DNA of 56,335 nt, taken from assembly GCA_008369845.1 (NCBI GenBank), contig MRSU01008419.1, positions 1 through 56,335 of the forward strand. The letters are read 5' to 3'. Within the stretch, counting starts at the first letter, position 1. Each line of letters starts with the position of its first letter. This document shows, one piece after another, positions 8,981 through 20,126 of the stretch. Below the pieces are notes generated by a model that saw nothing but the letters and a program-made list of their open reading frames with translations, was not told the origin of the DNA and made no database searches. Origin of the DNA: Trichomonas gallinae. Its lineage: Eukaryota. A program made the translations under genes and the position numbers.

Positions 8981-11854
8981 TCAAAGGAGACCAGATAAAA
9001 AAATCAGCCAAGTTTGATGTACTTTAGAAGCATCACGAAATCCCATTTTGATGATAGTATTTTGGATGATGATTTCAAACTTTAATGACACTGTACTCTT
9101 TTTATCTTTATCATCAATTGCAGTGAGATGAACGGTGTGTGTCCCTGGATTCAGTGTTTCACTGATATTAATTGTCATTTCCTGGTTTGTTAGCTGCTTG
9201 TTCTCGAGGTAGACAAGTGAATTAGATTTCGTTTTAAGATCATTTATATTGTGTGTAATATTGATGTAACATGGATAGTCAATGTCATTGATACTATACA
9301 AAATTGACAGTGTTTTGTCTTGGCCTTTGATGAATTTAGCAGGTTGTTTTGAAAATGAAGCATTTAATTTAGGAGGAGAATATGATAAATCAAAAGAAGA
9401 AGAAATTGTGGATGTTTTCTCTGTTTCATCTTTTGCAGTTAAATTATAAAGAATATTTCCTTCTTCCAATGTGTTGTTAATATTTGATATAGTAAAGTTA
9501 AATTCATGAGGATTTGTGGATGATATTTGAATCTCTTGGGTAGCATATGTGGTATTTTCAAGAAAGAGCGTTAGTGTGACTGATCCACTACCATCAGTGT
9601 CTATAACTGTGCCTTGGATTACTATTGGAGTGTCTATATTATTCGTGTAATTTGCTCTGTTGTTAGGAGACAATGAAATTGTTGGAGCGTTGTAAGAAAA
9701 ATTGAATTTAATTGGTTGTTCGCTATGAAGATATTCATCTGCCGCCCAAATAAAAATCATGTGTTGGCCTTCTGACAAATCTTGAGGAATATCAATAGTA
9801 AAGGATTGATCTGAAACCGAAACACTTGAATATTGAGATGTGTGTGTTTTGTAATCAGTAACACCACGAGAGTCGATTTCGTACTTGATAGTGACTTCGT
9901 TGGAGTCAATATCCTTTATGTCGTATGCAAATGTTAGCGATTTTGGATCTTTATTCTTTGTGAATGAATATGTACTCTGAAGACCTTTGAGAGTTAGCTC
10001 AGGGCTATTATACTCGAAATCGAAACTGACTTCTTTTGTTGTAAATTTGCCGCTATCATGGGTGGCTTTCACAGTGAATGTGTTTGTGCCATGGACAAGT
10101 TCGTTATTTTCGTTATTGTAATCGAACATGAAACCATAGATTGATGTAGAGTTAATTGGTATTGGAACTTCACTTATAATCCTATTATTCAAAATAAGGG
10201 AAACTGTGATTTTACCTCTGCCATCGGCATCGGAAACTGAACCAGATATTCGTATTTGATCATAGAAGTTTCTAAAAGATGGTTTGACTGGCCGAAGATT
10301 AGAAATAACTGGTGTATGGTGCTTGTAATAATATGTGTACGGAACAGTTTGTGATTGCTTATCATAATCATCCTTCAAATAGAAATAGTATGTATGATCA
10401 CCTTCATTTAAGCTGTGATTTACTGCTAGTGAAATTGTTTTTTCTGAAGGTTGGTTATAATCTGTAAGATCGAATTTAGATACTATTTTATATCCACTAT
10501 CGATGGCCATGTACAGTGGAGTTTCTCCATTGAGGTTAGCAAATTGAAATGTAAATGTGATGAATTCGTTATTTGTAAATGTCTTTTTTGTTGTGGGGCT
10601 TGTAAGTCTCAAAGTTGGAGTGTTATAGCTGTAATTAAAGCTAAGGTCATCTGATTCCTCTACAATTGAACCATGTTCGTGCCATTCAAAATATACTCTG
10701 ATTTTATGCTGCCCCTCCTCAAAATAGTATGGAAATGTGTAACTTAAATTAAAATCGTTTCCGTTCAAGAGTTGACCAGATCCTGTAGAATAATCATCAT
10801 CAATAGCAATCTTTGCTGTATATAGATCTTGTTTTTTGTTTTGTAAAGTTCCATAAATTGTAATGAATGCATCTTTTTTCATGAATAAATTGTCCTTGTT
10901 TATTGATATGTTTTCGATGATAAGTCGGCTTGGATAGATGATTATTGAGTATGTCATCGATTTGGGACCAATTCTTCCATTAGGGCCAATTACATAAAAA
11001 TATATCGGAAATATACTTGAATAGCTACCAGACTGATCATATTTTCGAATCTCAGACGCAAGAATTGTCAAATTTTTTCTGAATGTTTCCGCCGATTTTA
11101 ATGTAGTGAATTTTTCACTACGGTAAATCGTAAGATTTCTTTCTTCATCATATACAGCAATTTGATGAATACCTGGTTGAAAAGCGCCTTGAAAATTCCC
11201 AGGAATCTCAATATTTTCGTCCTCATAATATCTAGGTAAAAAAAAATGGAAATTATTAATAATATCATAATAAGGGATACTTGTTGTATCAATGTAGTGA
11301 GGAAGACGAAAATGAGGATGTACTAAAGATAATAGTTTATTATCTAAAGCATTTCTTTTGATACTTGATTTGGATGATTTCAAATCGAATTCAAGTTTTT
11401 TCCATAATATATTGTCATTTGCATCACATTTGGCTTTTGAATGAGGAGGAATACGTTTTCTTCTACAAAAGAATGAAACAAAATAATATTCATCATTTTG
11501 ATCAATATAAATTTCATCATCTGGAGAAATATTTATATTACTGCTTTGATTAATATTCGAAATAGAGATATGTGAATTGTTGTATGATAGAGAAAGAGAT
11601 GCTTTGGGGATATGTAGAAATGTTTTGATAGAAACTTGTACCTCATGATCATTAAGGTTATCTATATCATAAACATATGTTGAACGATTGAAATATGCTT
11701 TAAATTTGCAATTATGTAATATTTTATCTTCAATTTCTCGGAATTTTATCGAAATATCTTCATCACCGATGCTAAAAATTGTGTATGAACTAGTATTCTG
11801 TAGAGTTACATAGTTTCCAATACAAGAAAAAAGAGAAAAACAAATCGCTTGCAA
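8981..11854 (-). CDS. Bap-like surface protein with tandem Ig-like beta-sandwich repeats; no ATG at the 5' end
   Basis: Repeated units of about 105 aa (ISGSVSDADG...GTNTFTVKATHD; IQGTVIDTDG...GTHTVHLTAIDD) and a hydrophobic C-terminus (WLIFLSGLL). The ORF is open for 957 codons but the first ATG is codon 300 (10957). Confidence 0.75.
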   Translation of the reverse strand: MQAICFSLFSCIGNYVTLQNTSSYTIFSIGDEDISIKFREIEDKILHNCKFKAYFNRSTYVYDIDNLNDHEVQVSIKTFLHIPKASLSLSYNNSHISISNINQSSNINISPDDEIYIDQNDEYYFVSFFCRRKRIPPHSKAKCDANDNILWKKLEFDLKSSKSSIKRNALDNKLLSLVHPHFRLPHYIDTTSIPYYDIINNFHFFLPRYYEDENIEIPGNFQGAFQPGIHQIAVYDEERNLTIYRSEKFTTLKSAETFRKNLTILASEIRKYDQSGSYSSIFPIYFYVIGPNGRIGPKSMTYSIIIYPSRLIIENISINKDNLFMKKDAFITIYGTLQNKKQDLYTAKIAIDDDYSTGSGQLLNGNDFNLSYTFPYYFEEGQHKIRVYFEWHEHGSIVEESDDLSFNYSYNTPTLRLTSPTTKKTFTNNEFITFTFQFANLNGETPLYMAIDSGYKIVSKFDLTDYNQPSEKTISLAVNHSLNEGDHTYYFYLKDDYDKQSQTVPYTYYYKHHTPVISNLRPVKPSFRNFYDQIRISGSVSDADGRGKITVSLILNNRIISEVPIPINSTSIYGFMFDYNNENNELVHGTNTFTVKATHDSGKFTTKEVSFDFEYNSPELTLKGLQSTYSFTKNKDPKSLTFAYDIKDIDSNEVTIKYEIDSRGVTDYKTHTSQYSSVSVSDQSFTIDIPQDLSEGQHMIFIWAADEYLHSEQPIKFNFSYNAPTISLSPNNRANYTNNIDTPIVIQGTVIDTDGSGSVTLTLFLENTTYATQEIQISSTNPHEFNFTISNINNTLEEGNILYNLTAKDETEKTSTISSSFDLSYSPPKLNASFSKQPAKFIKGQDKTLSILYSINDIDYPCYINITHNINDLKTKSNSLVYLENKQLTNQEMTINISETLNPGTHTVHLTAIDDKDKKSTVSLKFEIIIQNTIIKMGFRDASKVHQTWLIFLSGLL

Positions 11855-12487
11855 AATGTCACTTTTTGATTTTTTACGCCAATAATATTATAATGAACTC
11901 TAATAATCAAGCACTATTTCGATGATTCTAATTGATGTACGTTTCCGACTTAAAAGTGACAGTTAACTCAATTTTTGTTAAATGAAAAGAAAATTATTGT
12001 CCTAATTAAAACAGCTAAAATTCGAAAAATTTAAAAAGTGTCACTTTTACATGCTCTTAATTTAAAAACTACGAATAATTATAATATTATCATTAATTAC
12101 CATATTTATCAATGAAATGTATTAAATTAAAACTCCAGAGAATAATTTAAATGAAGGAATTAAGACAAAATTGAACAACTTTTGTTTGTCATGTAAAGTG
12201 TCATATACTCTTAGAAATTATAAAATAAAAAAGAAGTCATAATATAACTTCCTTTATCTCGAAATATATACTGTGAATCTAAACAGCCTTTTATAATAGA
12301 GTATTATACCTTATTTTCGAATTTTTACATTTCTTCAGAAAAAATCGATAAAAATTAGGGTATTACACCTCCACAATAATTGAATGAATAAAAAATAGGG
12401 TCCATGTTTACAAATATTTTTTGTTTCTTTTTACATAAATATACAAAAAAACTATAAATAGTAAAAAATTTCGTTAATTTAAAAAAA

Positions 12488-15400
12488 ATGGGGGAGATTC
12501 CTGTTCCTAATCGGGGTAGAATAGAATGGGGTCTCCACAGGCAGCCACGAATCCCGTTGATGCTGCAGACTGTGTACTCGTGTTTTCATATCATGCAAGA
12601 TAATTTTATCGCGATTACAAATAAATCCGTTGTCTTATTTCAACCTGGTCAAATTCGAGAAGTATTAAACCTAAGTTTATCAAACGCTGTATACATTCCA
12701 GATCAAGAGATTATTATAGGAATGAGCGCAGGCAGAAGCCAATTTTATGTTTTAAATCCGAAAGAATTACAAGTAATTTTAGCAGAATCAATTGCAACGT
12801 GCCAAATAGGCGTTTTTAAAATGTATTACGCTCCAAAATCACATGTCATAATATCTATAGGCGAAGATATTCGATTTTGGGATTTTTCTGTTGAAGTAAG
12901 TACAAATAAACTAGTTTCAGCTACGGCAAAGTGTAATTTTACACTTCGAGCTAAACTAAATTACAATTTTAAAGGTAATTTCTTGAGTCCACCATCTTTT
13001 TCACCAACAGAAGAACTTTTAGTTGTTCAAAAGGACTCTGGATTCATTTCTTACAACGTAGATGGTGAACACGCCCGTTATTTTGCTAAAGTTGTCTCTC
13101 CTGCTAGAATTTGCACAGATTTATATACAAAAGATATGGTATTTATGACAGCAGATTGCATCAATGGATTAAACTTATGGAACAGATACTCAGAACCTAT
13201 AGGCAAAGTTCTCATTGGCGATTCTTCGATTTGTTATGCATCTTTTCTTGATGATGAGTATATTCTTTTAATAACAGAGCGTCTTGAGATCTATGTTGTC
13301 GATATTATCATTAATATGTTGTATTTTTGCATGACAATCGAAGAAAAGCCTTCATCAATTTTAGTCCACAAGAATTCTTTGAATTTCAGCATATTTTTAG
13401 CTATACATAACGGAATAGATTCATTTACAATTGATTTGCCATTTAGATCATGGCTCAAAGGCGTCAGCGAAACAACAATGTTAAAATTAATTCCTAAAAT
13501 AGGCAAAGCGCCGCGATTACTCGTTCAATCTAAGTATGCCTTCATCTTTTTCATCTCTCCCAAGGGTCCTTACAAGCTTACGACAGCTTCTTCGCCGGAT
13601 TCAGTTTCAATTCGAAGATATTATTATGACAGAGGTGTTAAAGGAGATCCACTTGATGAAACAGATAATATCATCATTGCTGAAGGCAATGGTGCATTAG
13701 ATATGTTCTCAACTAACTCTGTTCCATGTGAAATGATAAACTCGATAAAAGGTGAATATGTTGGTGCAACAGTATTTAATATGCCAGAAGGATCCTTTAT
13801 TTTAGCAGCTTCAATGTTCGGCGACGTTCTTTTCATTGACAAAAATAATTTCAGAATTTTGAAAAGAGTTTTAATCAATGTTGACAGAGTAGAATTTGCT
13901 ATTGGAGAATTTGTATACAATACATTTATTATTTTCTCGAAAACACAAATTATCAGATTTGATGTTCAAAACGCAACAGTTATCAATACAATAGATATCA
14001 GGATGCCAACAGTGTTAGAAATGGTTGATGATATGATGGTTTTTGGTTATAATGACGGGACATTAAAAGTTTTCAAAATTTTCCCACGAGAAATTCAAAA
14101 ATTCAGCGATGATGAATCTGAATTCCACCATGGACCAATTACAGGCATCTGTATGCGCGATGATATCATTGCAACAGTTTCTACGGATATGAATCTCAAA
14201 ATTTGGGACTACAAACTGAAATGTCTATGCTCAGTGCTTCTTCCAACACCTTTGGCTGGTGTCTGCATAATCAACGGCTTCAGGGATGTAATAGTTGGCA
14301 CTCCATCGAATTTAATGATTTTAACTGGTTCTTACCTATTCGAGTCACCTCCTGTAGAAGAGGATGTTGACTATGATACCTATTGTAAGCTTGATGACGC
14401 TTTATATGAAAAGTACATCAAATCAAAACCAGTTGTTATAGAAGAGACGCAGCACACTCAGCAGGAAACAAAATCACCGAGACGTGTAAGAAAACTCAAA
14501 ATCAACACATTAAGTTCACAGCATAAATCAGATATAGAGGATAATACGCAAAAAGACGACTCAAAAGAAGAAGTTGAGATGACAGAAGAAGAGAAAGCCA
14601 TGATGCTCGCTGAAATGTCGAACTTGACGAATGATTTTGATAATCCAAAACCTGTTCCTCAGCCACATCCACCTGCTGAAAGCACTGAGCAAAAAGAAGA
14701 GAAAGAAGAGGAAGACAAAAACGAGGAAGAAGATAAAGATCAGACACAGCAAAAACACAGAAAGAAGAAAATCATTAAGAAGAAGAAACACAGACAGTCA
14801 CTTGACGCTCCAGAAGAGCCAGAAGTGCACGAAGTTAAAAGGCTCGGAATTAAATCAACAAATCGTCGCCAGGCATCGAAAAACGTCGAAGAAAGCGGTG
14901 AAGTCAATCTTGATGGATTGTCTGCACGTCCTGAAGTCAGAAGACCGCAAAAACCAAACCCAAGGAATGCTGCAAGGAGGATTAATAATAATGTCACAGA
15001 AATGTCATCTGAGAGCAGAGCTGCAGCCAATGAATCAAATGACGAAATTCTTCAAAACAACGAGAATCAAGAAAACTCAATTTTCTGGGAAGACGGCGAA
15101 AAACCACCAGAAAAACACAACCTGTCTCCAGCAGAAAGTGAAGACGAAAATGAAAACAATAATCAAAGCAATGATCAAAAAACAAAACCAAAGCAACAGG
15201 CTTCTCCACAAAGAAGAACGAAGAAACAAAAATCAAATAAAACACAAAACGAAGAGAGTTCAAGTAAGAAACAGAAAAAGGTGAAAGGTGAGCATAAGAA
15301 GAAGAGGAAAGTCGTTGTCATCAAAGATGGAATTGAGATTGAAGAAGAAGAATATGATGAGTATTATTACGATTCCTATGATGACGAAGAAAGTAAAATC

Positions 15401-17155
15401 AATCTCGCCAAAAATGAAGATGGAGAGACTGGTTTCTATAATGAAAAAGGTGAGTTTGTTAAATGCGATCAAGATATGATTGTCAAAAATGAAAATGGTG
15501 AAGTTGGTTTTTACAATCATGAAGGCGAATTCGTTGCAATGAAGAATCCTGAAAATTCACTAGCAAATGGACCAAATACAAAAGTTGAATCAAGAGATGG
15601 AGGAATCGTGACAGTTAATGGAGTAAGAGGCTTCTATGACAAAGACGGAAAGTTCATTGCTTTCACAGGACGAAAAACAGATAAAGCGAATTCTGGAGGA
15701 GAGATAGGTTATATTGATGAAAATGGTAATTTTGTTAGAGTTCCTCCAAATGTACAGCTTGTTTCTAATAACGGAGCTATAGGATTTTATGACGTCAAAG
15801 GAAAGTTCCACAAAGTAACTGGTGGAAATCTGACAGTAAATGAAAAAGGAGAAGTAGGTTATTATAATGAGAAAGGAGAGTTTATTGTCAGTACACCACA
15901 GCAAAATAATAAAAGAGCAGTTATTATCAATGGAGAAGAAAAAAGAGGCTTCATTGGAAAAGACGGAAACTTTGTCGAGTTTTTGACGCCAGAAGGTGTA
16001 GATGCAAGAGTGAGATCAGAAAACTCCATAATAGCAAAGGTTGACAAAGAAACAATTAAAGATGGCTTGGTTAAAGGATTAAATGGACAGTACGGAATTA
16101 TTGACGAGAATGGAAAATTCGTTGCAGCGAAAGACGGGAAAATTGTTACAGGGCCAAACGGAGAAAGAGGAATTTACACAGAAGATGGAAGATTCATTCC
16201 ATTGCCAAATGGAGTCAATCTTGCTAAGAGCGAAGATGGAACAACTGGATTCATAGATAAGAACGGAAAATTTGTTAAAGTACAAAACGGAAAGCTCAGC
16301 ATAGGACCAGGCGGCAAACTTGGCTCGTACGATGAGAATGGAAAATTCATTGAATGTCCAGGAGCAACTTTAATTACACTAGATAATGGAGCTAAAGGTT
16401 ATTATGACATTGATGGTAATTTCATTATAATTATCCATGCATCTATAAACACCCCACTCGTTGACAATTCATTGCATCGACCGAAGTCAACATCAACTGT
16501 TCATATGTCTCCTAATCCTATTTTTGGATATTCAAGGACTCCGCGCTCATACAGATTTTCTCCGCAAAGACGTGCAAAGTCTCCGCCTACGAGAATATAT
16601 TGGACGCCTGATGTTATTCCTCCGAATATTGTTTTAGACAGAAATGCAGCAGTTCAAAGATTTTTGGATGGTGATTTAAGATTCCTTCAGTGCATCAGGA
16701 ACTTCCAAGCTTTGGATGGAAGGATGGACATCGACGTTTTCAGGTATATAGAGCTCTACAGACAGACAATTGTCCCTCAGATAGGCTTCTTCACTTTCGA
16801 AGGATCAATGGCAACTCCTGTTCGCAGTCCTTACGACTACAACGGCATCAGTCCCACCAAATATTTGTATACATCACCAAGAGCGAGGACAGCTCGCAAT
16901 GGACATATAAACGACTATGCGCCGCGTGAGCCATGGTCAGCGAGGACATCATCGGAAAGATACGCAAAGAGAAGATATTATAACGAAAGCCCAACTTTAT
17001 CACCTCGCGGAGCAATTGTTACACCAAGAGTTCGAAAATCTTCTAGCGGTAAATTCGCTATGCCATTCAATGGAACAGCTCCTGTCAATCAGATATTCCC
17101 ATGTACGAATTATTCTCCTCTCATTGTGAGGAAATTAATTCGATCACCAAGATAA
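12488..17155 (+). CDS. WD40/beta-propeller protein with a charged low-complexity linker and 12 GxxGF(Y/I)DxxGxF repeats
   Basis: WD motif HHGPITGICMRDDIIATVSTDMNLKIWD, E/K/Q-rich middle, repeat array at about 15400-16430, S/P/R-rich tail. Confidence 0.75.
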   Translation: MGEIPVPNRGRIEWGLHRQPRIPLMLQTVYSCFHIMQDNFIAITNKSVVLFQPGQIREVLNLSLSNAVYIPDQEIIIGMSAGRSQFYVLNPKELQVILAESIATCQIGVFKMYYAPKSHVIISIGEDIRFWDFSVEVSTNKLVSATAKCNFTLRAKLNYNFKGNFLSPPSFSPTEELLVVQKDSGFISYNVDGEHARYFAKVVSPARICTDLYTKDMVFMTADCINGLNLWNRYSEPIGKVLIGDSSICYASFLDDEYILLITERLEIYVVDIIINMLYFCMTIEEKPSSILVHKNSLNFSIFLAIHNGIDSFTIDLPFRSWLKGVSETTMLKLIPKIGKAPRLLVQSKYAFIFFISPKGPYKLTTASSPDSVSIRRYYYDRGVKGDPLDETDNIIIAEGNGALDMFSTNSVPCEMINSIKGEYVGATVFNMPEGSFILAASMFGDVLFIDKNNFRILKRVLINVDRVEFAIGEFVYNTFIIFSKTQIIRFDVQNATVINTIDIRMPTVLEMVDDMMVFGYNDGTLKVFKIFPREIQKFSDDESEFHHGPITGICMRDDIIATVSTDMNLKIWDYKLKCLCSVLLPTPLAGVCIINGFRDVIVGTPSNLMILTGSYLFESPPVEEDVDYDTYCKLDDALYEKYIKSKPVVIEETQHTQQETKSPRRVRKLKINTLSSQHKSDIEDNTQKDDSKEEVEMTEEEKAMMLAEMSNLTNDFDNPKPVPQPHPPAESTEQKEEKEEEDKNEEEDKDQTQQKHRKKKIIKKKKHRQSLDAPEEPEVHEVKRLGIKSTNRRQASKNVEESGEVNLDGLSARPEVRRPQKPNPRNAARRINNNVTEMSSESRAAANESNDEILQNNENQENSIFWEDGEKPPEKHNLSPAESEDENENNNQSNDQKTKPKQQASPQRRTKKQKSNKTQNEESSSKKQKKVKGEHKKKRKVVVIKDGIEIEEEEYDEYYYDSYDDEESKINLAKNEDGETGFYNEKGEFVKCDQDMIVKNENGEVGFYNHEGEFVAMKNPENSLANGPNTKVESRDGGIVTVNGVRGFYDKDGKFIAFTGRKTDKANSGGEIGYIDENGNFVRVPPNVQLVSNNGAIGFYDVKGKFHKVTGGNLTVNEKGEVGYYNEKGEFIVSTPQQNNKRAVIINGEEKRGFIGKDGNFVEFLTPEGVDARVRSENSIIAKVDKETIKDGLVKGLNGQYGIIDENGKFVAAKDGKIVTGPNGERGIYTEDGRFIPLPNGVNLAKSEDGTTGFIDKNGKFVKVQNGKLSIGPGGKLGSYDENGKFIECPGATLITLDNGAKGYYDIDGNFIIIIHASINTPLVDNSLHRPKSTSTVHMSPNPIFGYSRTPRSYRFSPQRRAKSPPTRIYWTPDVIPPNIVLDRNAAVQRFLDGDLRFLQCIRNFQALDGRMDIDVFRYIELYRQTIVPQIGFFTFEGSMATPVRSPYDYNGISPTKYLYTSPRARTARNGHINDYAPREPWSARTSSERYAKRRYYNESPTLSPRGAIVTPRVRKSSSGKFAMPFNGTAPVNQIFPCTNYSPLIVRKLIRSPR

Positions 17156-18155
17156 TATATATATTTGTTTGTTATTTTTAATAAATATGTTTGCGAATTT
17201 ATGTAATTATCTCATTTATCAAATAACTCCTTTTAATAATGAAATCTCAATTTAAAAATTTTGCTCAAATCCAACAGAGTTCGTTGAAAATTGGCTATAT
17301 TACATAAATATACTCTCATGTATATATTCAAGCTAATGTCGTAATTTCTTATTAATCTTAAGATATTTAATTCATTCTAGTATTTATAAGACTGTATATG
17401 ATCTCAAACATTAATTCCAGTTCTAAGGATTTCGTATGATGCATCCCCTGTAGTCCCTTCTCGTAATAAAAAGTCAAATCTTGAAATTTCATTGCATATT
17501 ATTGAATACAAGACTACATGATTAGCAAAACATTTTAATGGGAATCAGAGTGTGTTAAGTCTACTAGCGATTTCACTGTTGTCGTTAATATAATTGAATG
17601 GATTATCACATAATAGATTGAATCTTAAAGATCCCATGCATTTAAACCTACTGGAGAAGAGAAATACAGCTGCGATTTCTGTAAGTGTCACAATTGTATG
17701 AGATGTCGATGAATGATTCAATTAAAACACAAATTTGAACCGTCGCAACACCCAATGCTTTGCATGAGTGCATATAATCTTCTCAAGCGATTTCAAAGTC
17801 TTAATCAAAAAGATTGAATTACAAATTTGTATTACATTCGCGATCTCAGGTTATTCGCTTCACACAATAACAGGACTAATGAAAATTCGCCTACGATTTC
17901 AAATTATCTACTAAAAACCATCAATAATCGCGAAAAATGAACTGAAAAAAATTAAATCGTCACGTCGATCATTTTCCCCTCAATTATAATCGTCACATTT
18001 TACACTATTGACTGATATTTGATGAAGAATAGTATTTTGATGATAAAAATGATTCTGTCACGCCCGTGAAAGTAAAGAATTTTTGGTGATTTGAGAACAG
18101 ATTGGTCGAAACTTTTTTTTTGGGAGAACTGAACACTTATTATTTTTTATAAGGT

Positions 18156-19787
18156 ATGGCAACAACATACTACGACGAGAAGTCTGGATTCAAGCTCCAA
18201 ATCCACTTCGAGCCAACACTCGGTGAGGACTTCGGAGCTATTGTCGAAGAGTACAAGCCAAAGGTTGCTAAGGCTCTCGATCTCATCAAGAGAATGGAAA
18301 ACGGTGAAATCGTTAACCACACAGAGGTCAAGGCTGAGTCCGAGGACCGCATGGTTGACCACTACAACCTTCGTATGGAGAAGGAGCTCGTTAAGGGCAA
18401 ATCTCTCGCACACACACTCGCCATGTGGGAAGAGGCCAAGAAGTTCGCTGAGGATGTCATGAACGGCGTTATCAAGACATCTGCTGGCAAGAAGTACGAG
18501 GCTATCATCTTCAACGGCATCGGTGGCTCATATCTCGGCCCACTCATGCTCATCATCGCTAAGTATGGCATGGACTTCAACACAACAGCTGGACTCCCAA
18601 TGAAGATCTACTTCATCTCCAACACAGACTCTGATATGTTCCATCAGATCACATCTAACATTAACATCGATGCTTCCATCATGGTCCACCTCTCCAAGTC
18701 TGGCTCCACATCCGAGACAGCTGGTAACACACAGACATGGATGAAGCTCTGCCGCGATCGCAACCTCGTTCTCGGTGAGCACAACGCTGCTGTCACAATC
18801 AAGGACTCCCTCCTCGACAACGTTGCCAAGCAGAACAACTTCATCCGTACATGGCACATGGAAGTCGACACAGGCGGCCGTACATCCGTCTGCTCCGCCA
18901 TCGGCTTCGTCCCATTCGCCTTCGCCCGCTGCGACTACGCTCAGTTCATCAAGGGTATGTCCTACATGGACACACTCACACGCGCTGAGGGCGAGAACCC
19001 AGCCGCTCTCCTCGCTACAGCCATCGATGCTAACAACCACAAGGTTGGCCACCGCAACATGATCGTTCTTTGCTACAACGAGTTCATGCGCGAGTATGCC
19101 CACTACCTCCAGCAGCTTTACATGGAGTCCCTCGGCAAGGAATACAAGGTCGACGGAACAGAGGCTAGACAGGGCCAGACAGTTTTCGGTGGTGTTGGCA
19201 CAGGCGAACAGCACTCCTTCATGCAGCAGGTCCAGAAGGGTATCGCTGATAACTTCGTCCGCATGGTCTCCTTCGAGAAGCGTGAGCACGATTACCTCAA
19301 CGACCAGGCTGGCTCCATGGGTCGCCAGCTCCTCGCCTTCTTGATGGGCACACAGAAGGCTCTCATCCAGAACAAGCGCTCCTTCGCTACATCCACATTC
19401 GCTGAGCGCAACGAGTTCACATTCGGTATGATGATCGCCCTCGAAGAGAGAATCGTCACATTCCTTGGCTCCTTCTTCGAGATCAATGCTTACGATCAGC
19501 CAGGAGTTCAGGACGGCAAGAAGGCTGCTACAGGCGTCAACGCTACATCCAAGAAGATCGTCGCTGGTCTTGAGAAGATCACAGCTCCAGTCTCTGGCTC
19601 AACAGCTGAAATTCTCAAGGCTATCGACTTCGGCGCTGAAGTCCCATACGAGGCTGAGTCCATCCTTGTCGATATCGTCCAGAACATCAACGTCGACGAG
19701 TCATATCCAACACTCAAGGGCGTCATCAAGGCCGAGAGGAAGTGGTGCAACAAGGGCAAGCACTTCTTGTTCACATTCTCCAAGTAA
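18156..19787 (+). CDS. GPI: Glucose-6-phosphate isomerase
   Basis: GIGGSYLGP, SKSGSTSET, GGRTSVCSAIG, QQLYMESLGK, GTGEQHSFMQ and AYDQPGVQDGKK motifs. Strong C-ending codon bias typical of a highly expressed gene. Confidence 0.97.
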   Translation: MATTYYDEKSGFKLQIHFEPTLGEDFGAIVEEYKPKVAKALDLIKRMENGEIVNHTEVKAESEDRMVDHYNLRMEKELVKGKSLAHTLAMWEEAKKFAEDVMNGVIKTSAGKKYEAIIFNGIGGSYLGPLMLIIAKYGMDFNTTAGLPMKIYFISNTDSDMFHQITSNINIDASIMVHLSKSGSTSETAGNTQTWMKLCRDRNLVLGEHNAAVTIKDSLLDNVAKQNNFIRTWHMEVDTGGRTSVCSAIGFVPFAFARCDYAQFIKGMSYMDTLTRAEGENPAALLATAIDANNHKVGHRNMIVLCYNEFMREYAHYLQQLYMESLGKEYKVDGTEARQGQTVFGGVGTGEQHSFMQQVQKGIADNFVRMVSFEKREHDYLNDQAGSMGRQLLAFLMGTQKALIQNKRSFATSTFAERNEFTFGMMIALEERIVTFLGSFFEINAYDQPGVQDGKKAATGVNATSKKIVAGLEKITAPVSGSTAEILKAIDFGAEVPYEAESILVDIVQNINVDESYPTLKGVIKAERKWCNKGKHFLFTFSK

Positions 19788-20126
19788 ATCCATACTTTCC
19801 ATCAGGTGAAAATTCACTAAATTTACAAAATTTTTATTTTATTACAAAAATATACTCAAATAAGTCATATATGATCAAATATTCGATAAAAAGATGGAAT
19901 ATTTTGTTAGCAAATGAGTGTTGAGCAAGATATTATTAATAAATTTGAAATTAACAAATAATCTTAAAATTTTTCATTCGATTTTTAAGCAATTAGGTTT
20001 GTTAATGCTGTATTTGATTGTGTTTAGCTTTTGGTTATGCTATACGCAATATGTCATGTAAAGTGATGTCGATGTCAAAAATCGGACCATTACATTTTAC
20101 ATGTCAAAAAGTATACGTTATTTTGG

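Noticed and set aside
18528..19289. 253-aa antisense ORF and other overlapping ORFs within GPI
   Set aside because: By-product of strong codon bias that depletes antisense stops; no protein motifs.
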